Shown here: piece after piece, positions 39,778 through 49,154 of the stretch | Layout of the letters: every line of letters begins with the position of its first letter | Numbering within the stretch: position 1 is the stretch's first letter | NCBI GenBank assembly: GCA_963978095.1 | Contig: CAXBQP010000020.1 | Location: forward strand, 1-49,154 | Direction: 5' to 3' | From: an uncultured bacterium | Lineage (GTDB): Bacteria > Gemmatimonadota > Gemmatimonadetes > Gemmatimonadales > Gemmatimonadaceae | DNA: 49,154 nucleotides | Notes under the pieces: model-generated | The model's database searches: none | The model's input: the letters and a program-made list of their open reading frames with translations, nothing else | Told to the model about the DNA's origin: nothing | Translations under genes and position numbers: made by a program

Positions 39778-40875
39778 TCAGGTCCGGACTTTCGCCAGCA
39801 GCCAAATTCCCACGACACTGAACAGTATGCCGGGAAGCCAGGCCGCCAACTCGGGGTTCACGATGCCCTTGGCCCCGATGGCCTGGGTCAGCTGCACCAG
39901 CATGAGAAATATAACGGTGGTGCCGAGGCTGATTCCCACCCCGATCGCGGCGCCGCCACGTTGATTGGAGGTGGCCAGCGGGGCGCCGAACAGCATGATG
40001 ATCAGGCAGGTGGCCGGGATCGCGATCTTGAGCATACGCTCGGTCCGGAGCTTGTTCACGTCGCTTCCCGAGCGCTGCATGGCCTGAATGAAGAGTCCCA
40101 AGTCGTAGTACCCCATCTCCTCGGGGGCCTTGGGGTTCACCATCAGGTTCTCGGGCTTCTCGGTGAAATGCCGATCACGCAGCGAGTCGAACTTGATGGT
40201 GAGGTTGGTCGAGTCGTCGAGCAGGACGTGCATGGCGCCGTCGCCCAACTGCCAGCCGCCGCGCGTGGGGCTGTAGTCGGCCCGGCGTGCCGTGATGTAC
40301 TGCGTGGGATAATCCGGTCCGTTGCCTTTGCGGTCGATCTGCAACCCCTCGAGCAACTTGAGCGGCACATTGGCGCTCGTGATCTGATACACGCGCCCCC
40401 CCTCCGCAGTCGCGAAGGTGAAGTTGTAGCGATTCAGCACATCGTGCGTGTGATTGTCCTGGAGCAGTTCGTCGCGGCGCGCATTGGCGCGCGGGGCGAT
40501 CGACGAGAGCACGAGGGCGAGTGCGGTGGCCAGGGTGGCGCCGATCGCGATCGGCGCGATGAACCGGTGAAAGCTGATCCCCGAGGCCTTGGCGGCGGTG
40601 ATCTCGGAGTGCCGCGTGAAGCCGCCGATCGAGAACACGGTGGCAAAGAGCACCGAGGCGGGGAGCACGAGCAGCATCGTCGACGGGACCCCGAACAGAT
40701 ACGCTTTGGCGATGGCCGAGGGCGCCAGGTTGGCGGCCAGATACTTGCCCAGGCTCTCGGTGACGTCGATGACGATGACGAGGATCGGGAAGCCCAAGGC
40801 GGTGGCCACCATGATCTTCAGGAACTCGTTGAAGACATAGCGGTCCAACGGGTGGAGCAGGCGGCGTCCGCTCAT
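39778..40875 (-). CDS. lptG: LptF/LptG family permease (LptG-like)
   Basis: LDRYV, SEITAAKASGIS coupling helix, AAWLP. Confidence 0.85.
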   Translation of the reverse strand: MSGRRLLHPLDRYVFNEFLKIMVATALGFPILVIVIDVTESLGKYLAANLAPSAIAKAYLFGVPSTMLLVLPASVLFATVFSIGGFTRHSEITAAKASGISFHRFIAPIAIGATLATALALVLSSIAPRANARRDELLQDNHTHDVLNRYNFTFATAEGGRVYQITSANVPLKLLEGLQIDRKGNGPDYPTQYITARRADYSPTRGGWQLGDGAMHVLLDDSTNLTIKFDSLRDRHFTEKPENLMVNPKAPEEMGYYDLGLFIQAMQRSGSDVNKLRTERMLKIAIPATCLIIMLFGAPLATSNQRGGAAIGVGISLGTTVIFLMLVQLTQAIGAKGIVNPELAAWLPGILFSVVGIWLLAKVRT

Positions 40876-42374
40876 GTCAGTCCCTTCCGGCGGCGGAAGG
40901 TGTCGCGCAACCGCTCGATCCATTCGGTGGCTTCGCTGCCTCGGCTCGTGCTTCCTTCATTGCCGAGTCGCGCCACGAGATAGAGTCCGACGCCGAGGAG
41001 CAGGAGATTCGTGGTCCACATGGCCCATGCCGGCGACATGTAGTTGCGCCTCGCAAGTTCTTCGCCGACGATCAATCCCACATAGTACAGGGCGAACACG
41101 CCAAGGCTCACGCCGATGGTGAGCCCCACACCGCCACGGGGGAACCGGAGCGCGATGGGCATCCCCAAGAGACAGAAGATCACGCAGGCCGAGGCGATGG
41201 CGAACTTCTTCTCGATCTCGACTTGATTGCCGTCGAGGACCCGCTGTGATTCGGTCAGGACCATCTTGAGCGTGGAGGCTTGGATGGCCGCTTGGACCGA
41301 ATCGGTGGCGCGGCTCTGCTCTTGGGCTTGCAGTGTGACGTTGCGGTTCGGGTTGGTATCCCGAGGCCGGACCGGTGCCTGCTGCGGAGTTTGCGGGAGT
41401 TCCGCCGCGTCGGCCGCGCGGACCATGCCGACCCGGGAGAGGGCGGCACGGAAGGCGCAGTAGCGGCCGCCGATCCCCGGCGACCTGCTGCGCGGCGCCA
41501 GCGAATCCGCGGTCTTGGGCGCGATGCGGGCGAGCTCCCGGTATGCGCTGTCCTGTTCGCGGCCCGCCTTGATGACCTTGCGTTGCAGCTCGCAGACCGT
41601 CATTTCGCGATCGCTCTTCTCCAGGTCCTGCGACTGCCGCTCGAGGGAGTTCCCGATGTTGCGGACCTTCACGAAGTCGGTGTGGAAGAACACGCGTTGC
41701 AGGCGCGTCGGTTCGCCGCCGGTGAGCTCGGCCATCGAGCCGTCGAACAGGGTGAGCAGCAGGTCGTGTCCATCCGCGGAGAGCTCCAGGAGGCCGCTGT
41801 CGGCGGTGATGGTGCGCCGACGTTGCGGGTCCGCCATGTCCCAGATGGTGACGTCCTTCATGGTGTTCGAGAGCGATGCCAGATGCGACGTGCGCAGGAA
41901 GAGCTTGCCCGTGGCGACTTCGTTGATGACCTGCTCGCGAAGCGCGAATGTCGGTTTGACGCGGGCGATGTCGTTGGTGAGCGTCGCGAGTCGGTGGTTG
42001 GACCGGGGGAGCACCTGGTCGTTGAACCAGACCATGAACAGGGTGATGATGGCGCCCGAGACGATGACGGGGACCATGAGCCGCTGCATGGAGAAGCCGC
42101 TCGCCTTGAAGGCGGTGATTTCGTTCTCCGAGGCCATCCGGCTGAATGCATGCAAGGTGGCCACCAGGACCGCCATCGGCATCGTCATCGCGACGGTGAA
42201 GGGCACCGAGAGGATCAGGAACTCGGCGATGACCGTCCAGTGGAGTCCCTTGCCCACGAGCTGTCCGAGCTGCTTGGCCACGTACTGCAGGAGCAGCAGC
42301 GAGGTCAGCGCGGAGAGCGAGAAGGCGAGCGGCGCGAAGTGCTCACGCAGGACGTACTTGGTGACGATCTTCAC
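40872..42374 (-). CDS. lptF: LptF/LptG family permease (LptF-like, extended)
   Basis: KYVLRE, NEITAFKASGFS, NDQVLPRSN, KKFAI..AC..F.LLG.P. Confidence 0.85.
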   Translation of the reverse strand: MKIVTKYVLREHFAPLAFSLSALTSLLLLQYVAKQLGQLVGKGLHWTVIAEFLILSVPFTVAMTMPMAVLVATLHAFSRMASENEITAFKASGFSMQRLMVPVIVSGAIITLFMVWFNDQVLPRSNHRLATLTNDIARVKPTFALREQVINEVATGKLFLRTSHLASLSNTMKDVTIWDMADPQRRRTITADSGLLELSADGHDLLLTLFDGSMAELTGGEPTRLQRVFFHTDFVKVRNIGNSLERQSQDLEKSDREMTVCELQRKVIKAGREQDSAYRELARIAPKTADSLAPRSRSPGIGGRYCAFRAALSRVGMVRAADAAELPQTPQQAPVRPRDTNPNRNVTLQAQEQSRATDSVQAAIQASTLKMVLTESQRVLDGNQVEIEKKFAIASACVIFCLLGMPIALRFPRGGVGLTIGVSLGVFALYYVGLIVGEELARRNYMSPAWAMWTTNLLLLGVGLYLVARLGNEGSTSRGSEATEWIERLRDTFRRRKGLT

Positions 42375-42596
42375 GCGATGGGGGCGGACGCTCGGTCAGG
42401 GCAGGGCAACGATGACAGGGACTCCGGAACGGCAGGAACCCTGTGTGCCACAAAGGGTTGTAGGGATTTGCAGCTCTCGTATATTCCACCCGACGACCGC
42501 GTTCGGGCAAGGTCGTGATACCCGGTTCCGCTCGGAGGGTTGCCAGTGGGATCCCCCGATTCGGTCGTCCGCCGCCCTCTCCCTCTCCCCGACCCC

Positions 42597-43556
42597 ATGT
42601 CGCCCCTGCTTTCGCGCCGCGTACGACGTGCTCTCCTGGCGCCCAGCGCCTGTCTGGTCACGCTTGCCCTGACGGCCTGCCCCGCGGCCGGCGACAAGGG
42701 GAAGGCGAGCGCTGCGACGACCGCCAGCGAGTTCAATGCGGACTCGGCCATGAGCTACATCCGGCAGCAGGTTGCGTTTGGTCCCCGGATTCCAGGATCC
42801 GTCGGCTCTCAGAAGACCGGGGATTGGATCGTGGCGCATCTGAAGGCGACGTCCGATGTGGTGCTGGAGCAGACCTGGACCCACACCACGGCCAAGGGCG
42901 TCAAGCTTCCGCTTCGCAATATCTTCGCGCGGTACCGGCCCGATGCCACGGAGCGGGTCCTGTACGTGACGCACTGGGATACCCGTCCCGAGGCCAACGA
43001 GGAAACGGACCCGGCCAAGCAGAAGCTCCCGATCGACGGGGCGAACGACGGCGCCAGTGGAGTCGCCCTGCTGCTCGCCATCGCGGACGCCCTCAAGAAG
43101 ACCCCACCGACCGTCGGGGTGGACTTGCTCTTCGTTGATGGCGAGGACTACGGGACCTTCACGCCCGACATCGACGTCCTGCTGGGGTCGAGCTACTTCG
43201 CGGAGCATCTCCCGAATCCCCAGTACAAGCCCATGATCGGCGTGCTGTGGGACATGATCGGGGACGCGGACCTCCAGATCTATCAGGAGATCAACTCGGT
43301 GAATGCCGCGCCCGAAATCGTCCAGCGGGTGTGGGGGAAGGCCAAGGAGCTCGGCTACGAGAGCTCGTTCATTCCGCAGGCGAAGGTCCCGATCACCGAT
43401 GACCACATGCCGCTGATCAAGGCGGGCTTGCGGGTCGTGGACGTCATCGACATCGACTACGACTACCACCACAAGGTGAGCGACACCATCGACAAGGTCT
43501 CGGCGAAGTCCATGCGGATCGTCGGTGACGTGGCGATGGCGTTGTTGCGGCCGTAG
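42597..43556 (+). CDS. M28-family lipoprotein, probable type II glutaminyl-peptide cyclotransferase
   Basis: Lipobox LTAC; FGPR.PGS; HWDTRP; GANDGASGV; DGEDYG; DMIGD; TDDH.P; HH...DT. Confidence 0.75.
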   Translation: MSPLLSRRVRRALLAPSACLVTLALTACPAAGDKGKASAATTASEFNADSAMSYIRQQVAFGPRIPGSVGSQKTGDWIVAHLKATSDVVLEQTWTHTTAKGVKLPLRNIFARYRPDATERVLYVTHWDTRPEANEETDPAKQKLPIDGANDGASGVALLLAIADALKKTPPTVGVDLLFVDGEDYGTFTPDIDVLLGSSYFAEHLPNPQYKPMIGVLWDMIGDADLQIYQEINSVNAAPEIVQRVWGKAKELGYESSFIPQAKVPITDDHMPLIKAGLRVVDVIDIDYDYHHKVSDTIDKVSAKSMRIVGDVAMALLRP

Positions 43557-43631
43557 CCGGACGCAACGGTTGGCTTCGGCGCGCGGTCGATTGGTGCGCG
43601 CCGTCGTGCGGTCTGGTGGTATCCTCGTGGC

Positions 43632-44381
43632 ATGCCGACCCCTGGAGAGAAGCGCGCCCTGATCTTCCTTGCGAGCGTTTCCACGCTTGGAGTGGCGCTG
43701 CAGGGATGGCGCTCGCGAGAGGGCAGTGCTGCGGCGTCGCCGAGCGACCGCGTGGAGCTCGCGCAGCAGATCGGGCGAGTCGATTCCGCGATCGCCAGCG
43801 GTGGGGTCCGTCGGCGGGCCGGCGGCGCACGGCTCGGCGGGGCGGGCGGCCGAGTGGCCGGGGTGGACTCCGGCCCCGCGGGGAGTCGGGGGAATCGACC
43901 AGGGGGTTCGGCGCGTGGCGCGCGGTCCCCGCGCGCCACGCCTGCGGTGCCCGAGGAGCCGCTGGACAACCGGGACCGCTATTTCGCACGGCGCGAGGAG
44001 GAGGATGCGCGGCGCCATCAACTGGGCCCGGCCCGTGATGTCATAAGTGATGGCAATCGGAGCAGAAGCGACGGGATACGTGGGCGCGCAGCGCCACTTC
44101 CGCCGGTCGATGTTGACCTTGCCACGGAGGAAGAGCTCGGAGCCGTGCCGGGAATCGGCCCCGCGTTGGCGCGGAGGATCGTGGGCGACCGCATCGAGCG
44201 GGGGCCGTTCGGTTCACTTGAGGAACTGCGACGGGTCCGCGGGATCACCGCCCCCTTGGCACGACGGATCGCGGCATTCATCACCTTCTCGCGGTCCCCG
44301 GATCCGGATCGGGGGGCGTCAGCGCCTCCCCCTCTCCCGACAGGGCGTCGCCGGCGGACGCCGGGCGTGGAACAACCTTGA
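43632..44381 (+). CDS. comEA: ComEA-family helix-hairpin-helix DNA-binding protein
   Basis: N-terminal TM; AT.EEL..VPGIGP.LA.RI...R...GPF.S.EEL..V.GI. Confidence 0.85.
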   Translation: MPTPGEKRALIFLASVSTLGVALQGWRSREGSAAASPSDRVELAQQIGRVDSAIASGGVRRRAGGARLGGAGGRVAGVDSGPAGSRGNRPGGSARGARSPRATPAVPEEPLDNRDRYFARREEEDARRHQLGPARDVISDGNRSRSDGIRGRAAPLPPVDVDLATEEELGAVPGIGPALARRIVGDRIERGPFGSLEELRRVRGITAPLARRIAAFITFSRSPDPDRGASAPPPLPTGRRRRTPGVEQP

Positions 44382-44491
44382 CACCTCTCCACACGACGGC
44401 CAGCTTCCCCGAACGGGAACCCGCGCTCTATAGTAGGGCGTCACGCCCCGGTGCGACCTGATTCCACCGCTCACCAGGACATACGCTCCCG

Positions 44492-46324
44492 ATGGCCTCT
44501 CCAGTCGCATCCGGTACGGAACGCATCGGCGACCTCCTCGTCCGTGAGGGGTTAATCACGAAGGAGCAGTTGGAGAAGGCGCTCCAGGAGCAGAAGCAGA
44601 GCGGCACGCGGGTGGGGTACAACCTCGTCAAACTCGGGTTCGTCAATGAAGTCGAGTTGACCAAGACGCTCGCGCGGCAGTTCAAGATGCCTGCGGTGGA
44701 CCTGTCCCGGTTCGAGGTGGACCCCAAAGTCGTCAAGCTGATCCCGGGCGACGTGGCCCTCAAGAATCTGGTGCTCCCGTTGACGCGCGAGGGGCGCACG
44801 CTCACGGTCGCGATGGCGGACCCGACCAACATCGCGGTCATCGACGACCTCAAGTTCATCACGCGCTACGACATTTTCCCCGTCATCGCCGGCGAATACA
44901 CGCTGCGCAACGCACTCGAGAAAGTCTTCGAATCGGCGGATGCGCATATCAACGACCTGTTGGGCACGATTGCCGAGATGGATTCGGACGACGAGCTCGA
45001 GGTGGTGGATACCAAGGAGGAGGAGAACAACGCCAGTGCGTCGACGGGGACGGTCGACGATGCACCGGTGGTGAAGCTGCTGAACGCGATCCTGACCGAT
45101 GCGGTAAAGCGGGGGGCGAGCGACATCCACTTCGAGTGTTTCGAGGCGGACATCCGCGTCCGGTATCGCATCGACGGGGAGTTGCAGGAGATCATGAAGC
45201 CGCCCAAGAAGATGCAGGCGGCGCTCGTCTCGCGGTTCAAGATCATGAGCTCCCTCAACATCGCGGAACGTCGTGTCCCGCAGGATGGTCGCATCAAGCT
45301 CAAGATGGGGAAGAAGGTCATCGACTTCCGCGTCTCGACGCTCCCGACGATCTTCGGCGAGAAGGTCGTACTCCGTATCCTCGACAAGGGGAATCTGACG
45401 CTCGATCTGGAGAAGTTCGGGATCGAGCCCGCGGCGGAGAAGGAGTTGATGGATGCCGTACAGAATCCGTACGGCATGGTGCTCGTGACCGGTCCGACCG
45501 GGTCCGGCAAGACGACGACGCTCTATTCGTGTCTGAGCAAGGTCAACACGATCGACACCAACATCATGACCGCCGAGGACCCCGTCGAGTACAATCTGTA
45601 CGGGGTGAATCAGGTGTTGGTGCGCAACGAGATCGGCATGACGTTCGCCGCCGCGCTCAAGGCGTTCCTGCGTCAGGATCCGAACATCATCATGGTGGGC
45701 GAGATCCGTGATCTGGAGACCGGCGGCATCGCGATCAAGGCGGCCCTCACCGGCCACATGGTGCTGAGCACGTTGCACACGAACTCCGCGCCGGAGACGG
45801 TGACACGTCTCATGGACATGGGGCTCGAGCCGTTCAACGTGAGCTCCGCGCTCAATCTGGTGCTGGCGCAACGCCTGGTACGGAGGGTCTGCGGCAACTG
45901 CAAGGTCAAGTATCAGCCCGACGAGACGGAGTTGAAGGTCGCGAAGGTCACGCCGGACACGCGTCTGGGCGACATGCGGTTCACGCAGGTCGCGCTCGAT
46001 GGCGTGCGGAGCCGGGCGCCGAAGGACGCCGCCCCGTTCCTGGCGAACCTGTCACTGGACACCAAGATCAAGGATCTCCCGTTCTTCAAGGGAACGGGGT
46101 GCGACCAGTGCGGCGGCAGCGGGACGAAGGGGCGTCAGGGGTTGTATGAGGTGATGTTCATGACGCCCGTATTGCGCAGGTTGATCCTGCAGAATGTCGG
46201 CGCGGCCGAGATCCGTGACGCCGCGATCGACGGCGGCATGCTGACGCTGCGCATGGACGGTTGGCTGAAGGTGATGAAGGGCGTGACGAATCTCGAGCAG
46301 GTCGTCCGCGAAACCAGCGTCTAG
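44492..46324 (+). CDS. pilB: Type IV pilus assembly ATPase
   Basis: MshEN N-terminus; RRVPQDG; GPTGSGKTT; EDPVE; LRQDP; TGH..LSTLH; tetracysteine motif. Confidence 0.96.
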   Translation: MASPVASGTERIGDLLVREGLITKEQLEKALQEQKQSGTRVGYNLVKLGFVNEVELTKTLARQFKMPAVDLSRFEVDPKVVKLIPGDVALKNLVLPLTREGRTLTVAMADPTNIAVIDDLKFITRYDIFPVIAGEYTLRNALEKVFESADAHINDLLGTIAEMDSDDELEVVDTKEEENNASASTGTVDDAPVVKLLNAILTDAVKRGASDIHFECFEADIRVRYRIDGELQEIMKPPKKMQAALVSRFKIMSSLNIAERRVPQDGRIKLKMGKKVIDFRVSTLPTIFGEKVVLRILDKGNLTLDLEKFGIEPAAEKELMDAVQNPYGMVLVTGPTGSGKTTTLYSCLSKVNTIDTNIMTAEDPVEYNLYGVNQVLVRNEIGMTFAAALKAFLRQDPNIIMVGEIRDLETGGIAIKAALTGHMVLSTLHTNSAPETVTRLMDMGLEPFNVSSALNLVLAQRLVRRVCGNCKVKYQPDETELKVAKVTPDTRLGDMRFTQVALDGVRSRAPKDAAPFLANLSLDTKIKDLPFFKGTGCDQCGGSGTKGRQGLYEVMFMTPVLRRLILQNVGAAEIRDAAIDGGMLTLRMDGWLKVMKGVTNLEQVVRETSV

Positions 46325-46335
46325 GGCCAGTCCAC

Positions 46336-47496
46336 ATGACCGCTCCCACACCAGCCGGTGCGTCCGGAACCCCCGCGTCGTCGGCTCCCGGCGTCAATCT
46401 GCGCGCCCTGCTCGAGGAGATGATCGAGCGCGGCGCCTCGGACCTGCACATCACCGCCGGCGAGAAGGCGAAGATGCGCATCGACGGCGAGATCCTGAGT
46501 TCCCGCAACGAGTACGTGTTGACCCCCAAGGACACGCTGCAGGTCGCCTACTCGGTGCTCACCGAGCAGCAGAAGAAGCGGTTCGAGACGGAGAACGAGC
46601 TCGATTTCTCCTTCGGGATCCAAAGTTTGGCGCGCTTTCGCGGCAACTGTTTCAAGCAGCGGGGTTGCGTCTCGATGGTCATGCGGCAGATCCCGATCAG
46701 CGTCAAGACATTCGACGAGCTCAAGTTGCCGCCGGTCATCGCGCGGCTCGCCGAGAAGCCGCGCGGACTCGTGCTGGTGACGGGTCCCACGGGTTCGGGC
46801 AAGAGCACGACGCTCGCGGCGATGATCGACAAGGTCAACAAGGAGCGTCGGGGGCACATCATCACGGTCGAGGATCCGATCGAGTTCATCCATCGGCATC
46901 AGGGGTGCATCATCAATCAACGCGAGGTCGGGACCGACACCCCGTCGTTCGCGTCGGCGCTCAAGTATGCGTTGCGCGAGGACCCGGATGTGATCCTGGT
47001 GGGCGAGATGCGCGACCTCGAGACGATCTCGGCGGCCCTGACGATTGCGGAGACCGGGCATCTGTGCTTCGCGACGTTGCACACCAACTCCGCGGCCGAG
47101 GCGATCAATCGCATCATCGATGTCTTCCCGAGCCATCAGCAGTCGCAGGTGCGTGCGCAGCTGTCGTTCGTGCTCGAGGGGATCGTCACGCAGACGCTGC
47201 TGCCGAAGCGCGTCGGGAAAGGACGGGCGATGGCCGCGGAGATCCTGGTGGTGACCCAGGCGATCCGCGCGCTCATCCGGGACGACAAGATCCATCAGGT
47301 GTACTCGAGCATGCAGAGCGGCAAGAAATTCGGCATGCAGACCATGAACGATGCGTTGTACCAGCTGTACACGGCGCGTGAGGTGAACGAGGAGGACTGC
47401 CTCCGCGTCTCCTCCGATCCGAACGAGTTCCTCCGGATGATCGGCAAGCAGCCCGTGGACGGCGATGCCGCGCCGCGCGAGAGCGGGCGGCGCTGA
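46336..47496 (+). CDS. pilT: Type IV pilus retraction ATPase
   Basis: ASDLH, GPTGSGKSTTLA, EDPIE, ALREDPD, AIRALIRD, GMQTM. Confidence 0.96.
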   Translation: MTAPTPAGASGTPASSAPGVNLRALLEEMIERGASDLHITAGEKAKMRIDGEILSSRNEYVLTPKDTLQVAYSVLTEQQKKRFETENELDFSFGIQSLARFRGNCFKQRGCVSMVMRQIPISVKTFDELKLPPVIARLAEKPRGLVLVTGPTGSGKSTTLAAMIDKVNKERRGHIITVEDPIEFIHRHQGCIINQREVGTDTPSFASALKYALREDPDVILVGEMRDLETISAALTIAETGHLCFATLHTNSAAEAINRIIDVFPSHQQSQVRAQLSFVLEGIVTQTLLPKRVGKGRAMAAEILVVTQAIRALIRDDKIHQVYSSMQSGKKFGMQTMNDALYQLYTAREVNEEDCLRVSSDPNEFLRMIGKQPVDGDAAPRESGRR

Positions 47497-48692
47497 TGCC
47501 GACGTTCGCGTATACCGCGCGGGACATGAAGGGGGCGTTGCGGTCGGCGACGATCGAGGCGCGGGACACCGCCGATGTCGCGGCGCAGCTCCGCAAGCTG
47601 CGGATGACGGTCGTGAAGATCGAGGCGACCGGTTCGGCGAAGCCGACCACGAAGGGCAGCATCCCGATGCGCGACATCGTCATCTTCACGCGCCAGTTCT
47701 CGACGATGATCAACTCCGGGCTGCCGCTCGTGCAGGCGCTGGACATCCTGAGCAAACAGAGCGAGCACAAGGTCCTGCAGGAAGTCACGAAGCAGGTGGT
47801 GTTCGACGTCGAGTCGGGCCACACCGTTGCGGATGCCCTCGCGAAGCATCCCAATGCCTTCACGGATCTCTACGTCAACATGGTGGCCGCCGGCGAGGCG
47901 GGCGGCATCCTGGACACCATCCTGCTGCGGCTCGCCGGGTTCATGGAGAAGAACGACGCACTCGTGCGCAAGGTGAAGGGTGCCATGATCTACCCGGCGG
48001 TGATCATGAGCGTGGCGGGCATCGCCGTCTGCGTGCTGTTGATCTTCGTGATTCCGGTGTTCAAGGGGATGTTCGCGGAGGCGGGGCAGGCGCTGCCGCT
48101 GCCGACGCAGATCGTGATCGCCCTGTCGGAGTTCCTGACGGGGTACTGGTATCTCGTCATCGCGGTGGTGGTCGGGGCGGTGTACGGGATCAAGAACTAC
48201 TACAAGACGTCGGCGGGACAGCTGGTGCTGGACCGCCTGATGCTGCGGGCGCCGGTGCTCGGTGACGTGCTCAAGAAGTCGGCGGTGAGCCGTTTCACGC
48301 GAACGCTGGGCACGCTGATCAGTTCCGGCGTGAGCATTCTCGAGGGACTCGAGATCACGGCGAAGACCGCGGGCAACCGCGTGATCAGCGATGCCATCAT
48401 GGCGAGTCGGGCGAGCATCGCCGGCGGCGATTCCATCAGTGCGCCGTTGGCCAGGAGCGATGTGTTCCCTCCGATGGTGATCTCGATGATCTCGGTCGGT
48501 GAGCAGACCGGTGGGTTGGACGAGATGTTGACCAAGATCGCCGACTTCTACGACGAAGAGGTGGATGCGGCCGTGGGGGGACTGCTGTCGCTGCTGGAGC
48601 CGGTGATGATCGTGTTCCTCGGCGTGGTGGTGGGCGGCATGGTCGTCGCGATGTATCTGCCGATCTTCGACATGGTCAACAATGTGCAGTAA
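47496..48692 (+). CDS. pilC: Type IV pilus platform protein
   Basis: FTRQFSTMI.SG, AGEAGG.LD, GAMIYP, GEQTG.LDEML, LLEP, AMYLPIF. Confidence 0.96.
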   Translation: MPTFAYTARDMKGALRSATIEARDTADVAAQLRKLRMTVVKIEATGSAKPTTKGSIPMRDIVIFTRQFSTMINSGLPLVQALDILSKQSEHKVLQEVTKQVVFDVESGHTVADALAKHPNAFTDLYVNMVAAGEAGGILDTILLRLAGFMEKNDALVRKVKGAMIYPAVIMSVAGIAVCVLLIFVIPVFKGMFAEAGQALPLPTQIVIALSEFLTGYWYLVIAVVVGAVYGIKNYYKTSAGQLVLDRLMLRAPVLGDVLKKSAVSRFTRTLGTLISSGVSILEGLEITAKTAGNRVISDAIMASRASIAGGDSISAPLARSDVFPPMVISMISVGEQTGGLDEMLTKIADFYDEEVDAAVGGLLSLLEPVMIVFLGVVVGGMVVAMYLPIFDMVNNVQ

Positions 48693-48698
48693 TCGCTG

Positions 48699-49154
48699 AT
48701 GGCCGCCGATCCGCGGCCCGACACGTCGGCCGAGCTGGAGCGTCTGCTGGAGTCGTTAGAGTCGCGCACCGTGCGCGCAACGGTTGGATGTCGACCATGA
48801 CGGGCTGCCCGACGACATCACCTTCGTGCAGACCTGGGCGTATCCCGTCGGGGAGCAACCGTTGGACCAAGTGGTCCACAGCTCGCGGGGCCCTTGCGTG
48901 CCGGGCGCGGGCAGGACGAACGCGTCTTCCTCGTGGACGACGAGAGGGTCCTGCGCGATCGTCTCCAGGAGTCGCTTGAACACCAGGGCTACCGCGTGGA
49001 AGTGGCGGAGGATGGCGCTGAGGGGGTCACACCAATCATGATCAGCGGATTCGGCGAGGCGCTCGCCGAATCCGAGGCGGTGCGTCAGTCCGCGTACGGG
49101 GATTCTTCGCGATACGGATCGACGTCGTCGTCCTTGGTGGCCCAGATTTCGTGC
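48699..49154 (+). pseudogene. Degraded two-component (receiver domain) remnant
   Basis: A short ORF from ATG 48699 stops after 33 codons. From about 48918 one reads ERVFLVDDERVLRDRLQESLEHQGYRVEVAEDGAEG joined directly to VTPIMISG, missing the phospho-Asp segment. Confidence 0.6.

Overview
GC-rich, densely coding bacterial chromosomal segment. Gene content and style suggest Gemmatimonadota (inference, not a database result). It carries about 40 mostly housekeeping or envelope genes: aguA/aguB, glycerate kinase, two tandem exported peroxiredoxins, a lipid kinase, acnA, S9/M16/M24/M28 peptidases, a kynureninase-like enzyme, psuG, an ABC exporter, DsbA-VKOR, acs, ppa, ctaB/cyoE, two APC permeases, a TonB-dependent receptor, lptF-lptG-mlaE-mlaD, and comEA-pilB-pilT-pilC. 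I saw no rRNA, tRNA, CRISPR array or mobile element. The strongest hidden signal is a gene the ORF track splits in two: a signal-peptide-bearing peroxiredoxin (3139-3705, minus) whose peroxidatic residue is an in-frame TGA followed by a SECIS-like hairpin. This is a probable selenoprotein, translationally coupled to a Cys paralog. Other notable items: a Bacteroidetes-type glutaminyl-cyclase-like lipoprotein together with Gln at +1 of five predicted secreted proteins; an AdoMetDC homolog lacking the autocleavage Ser; a structured acnA leader; eight apparently leaderless genes; a COX2-TM-like microprotein; and a decayed receiver domain after pilC.
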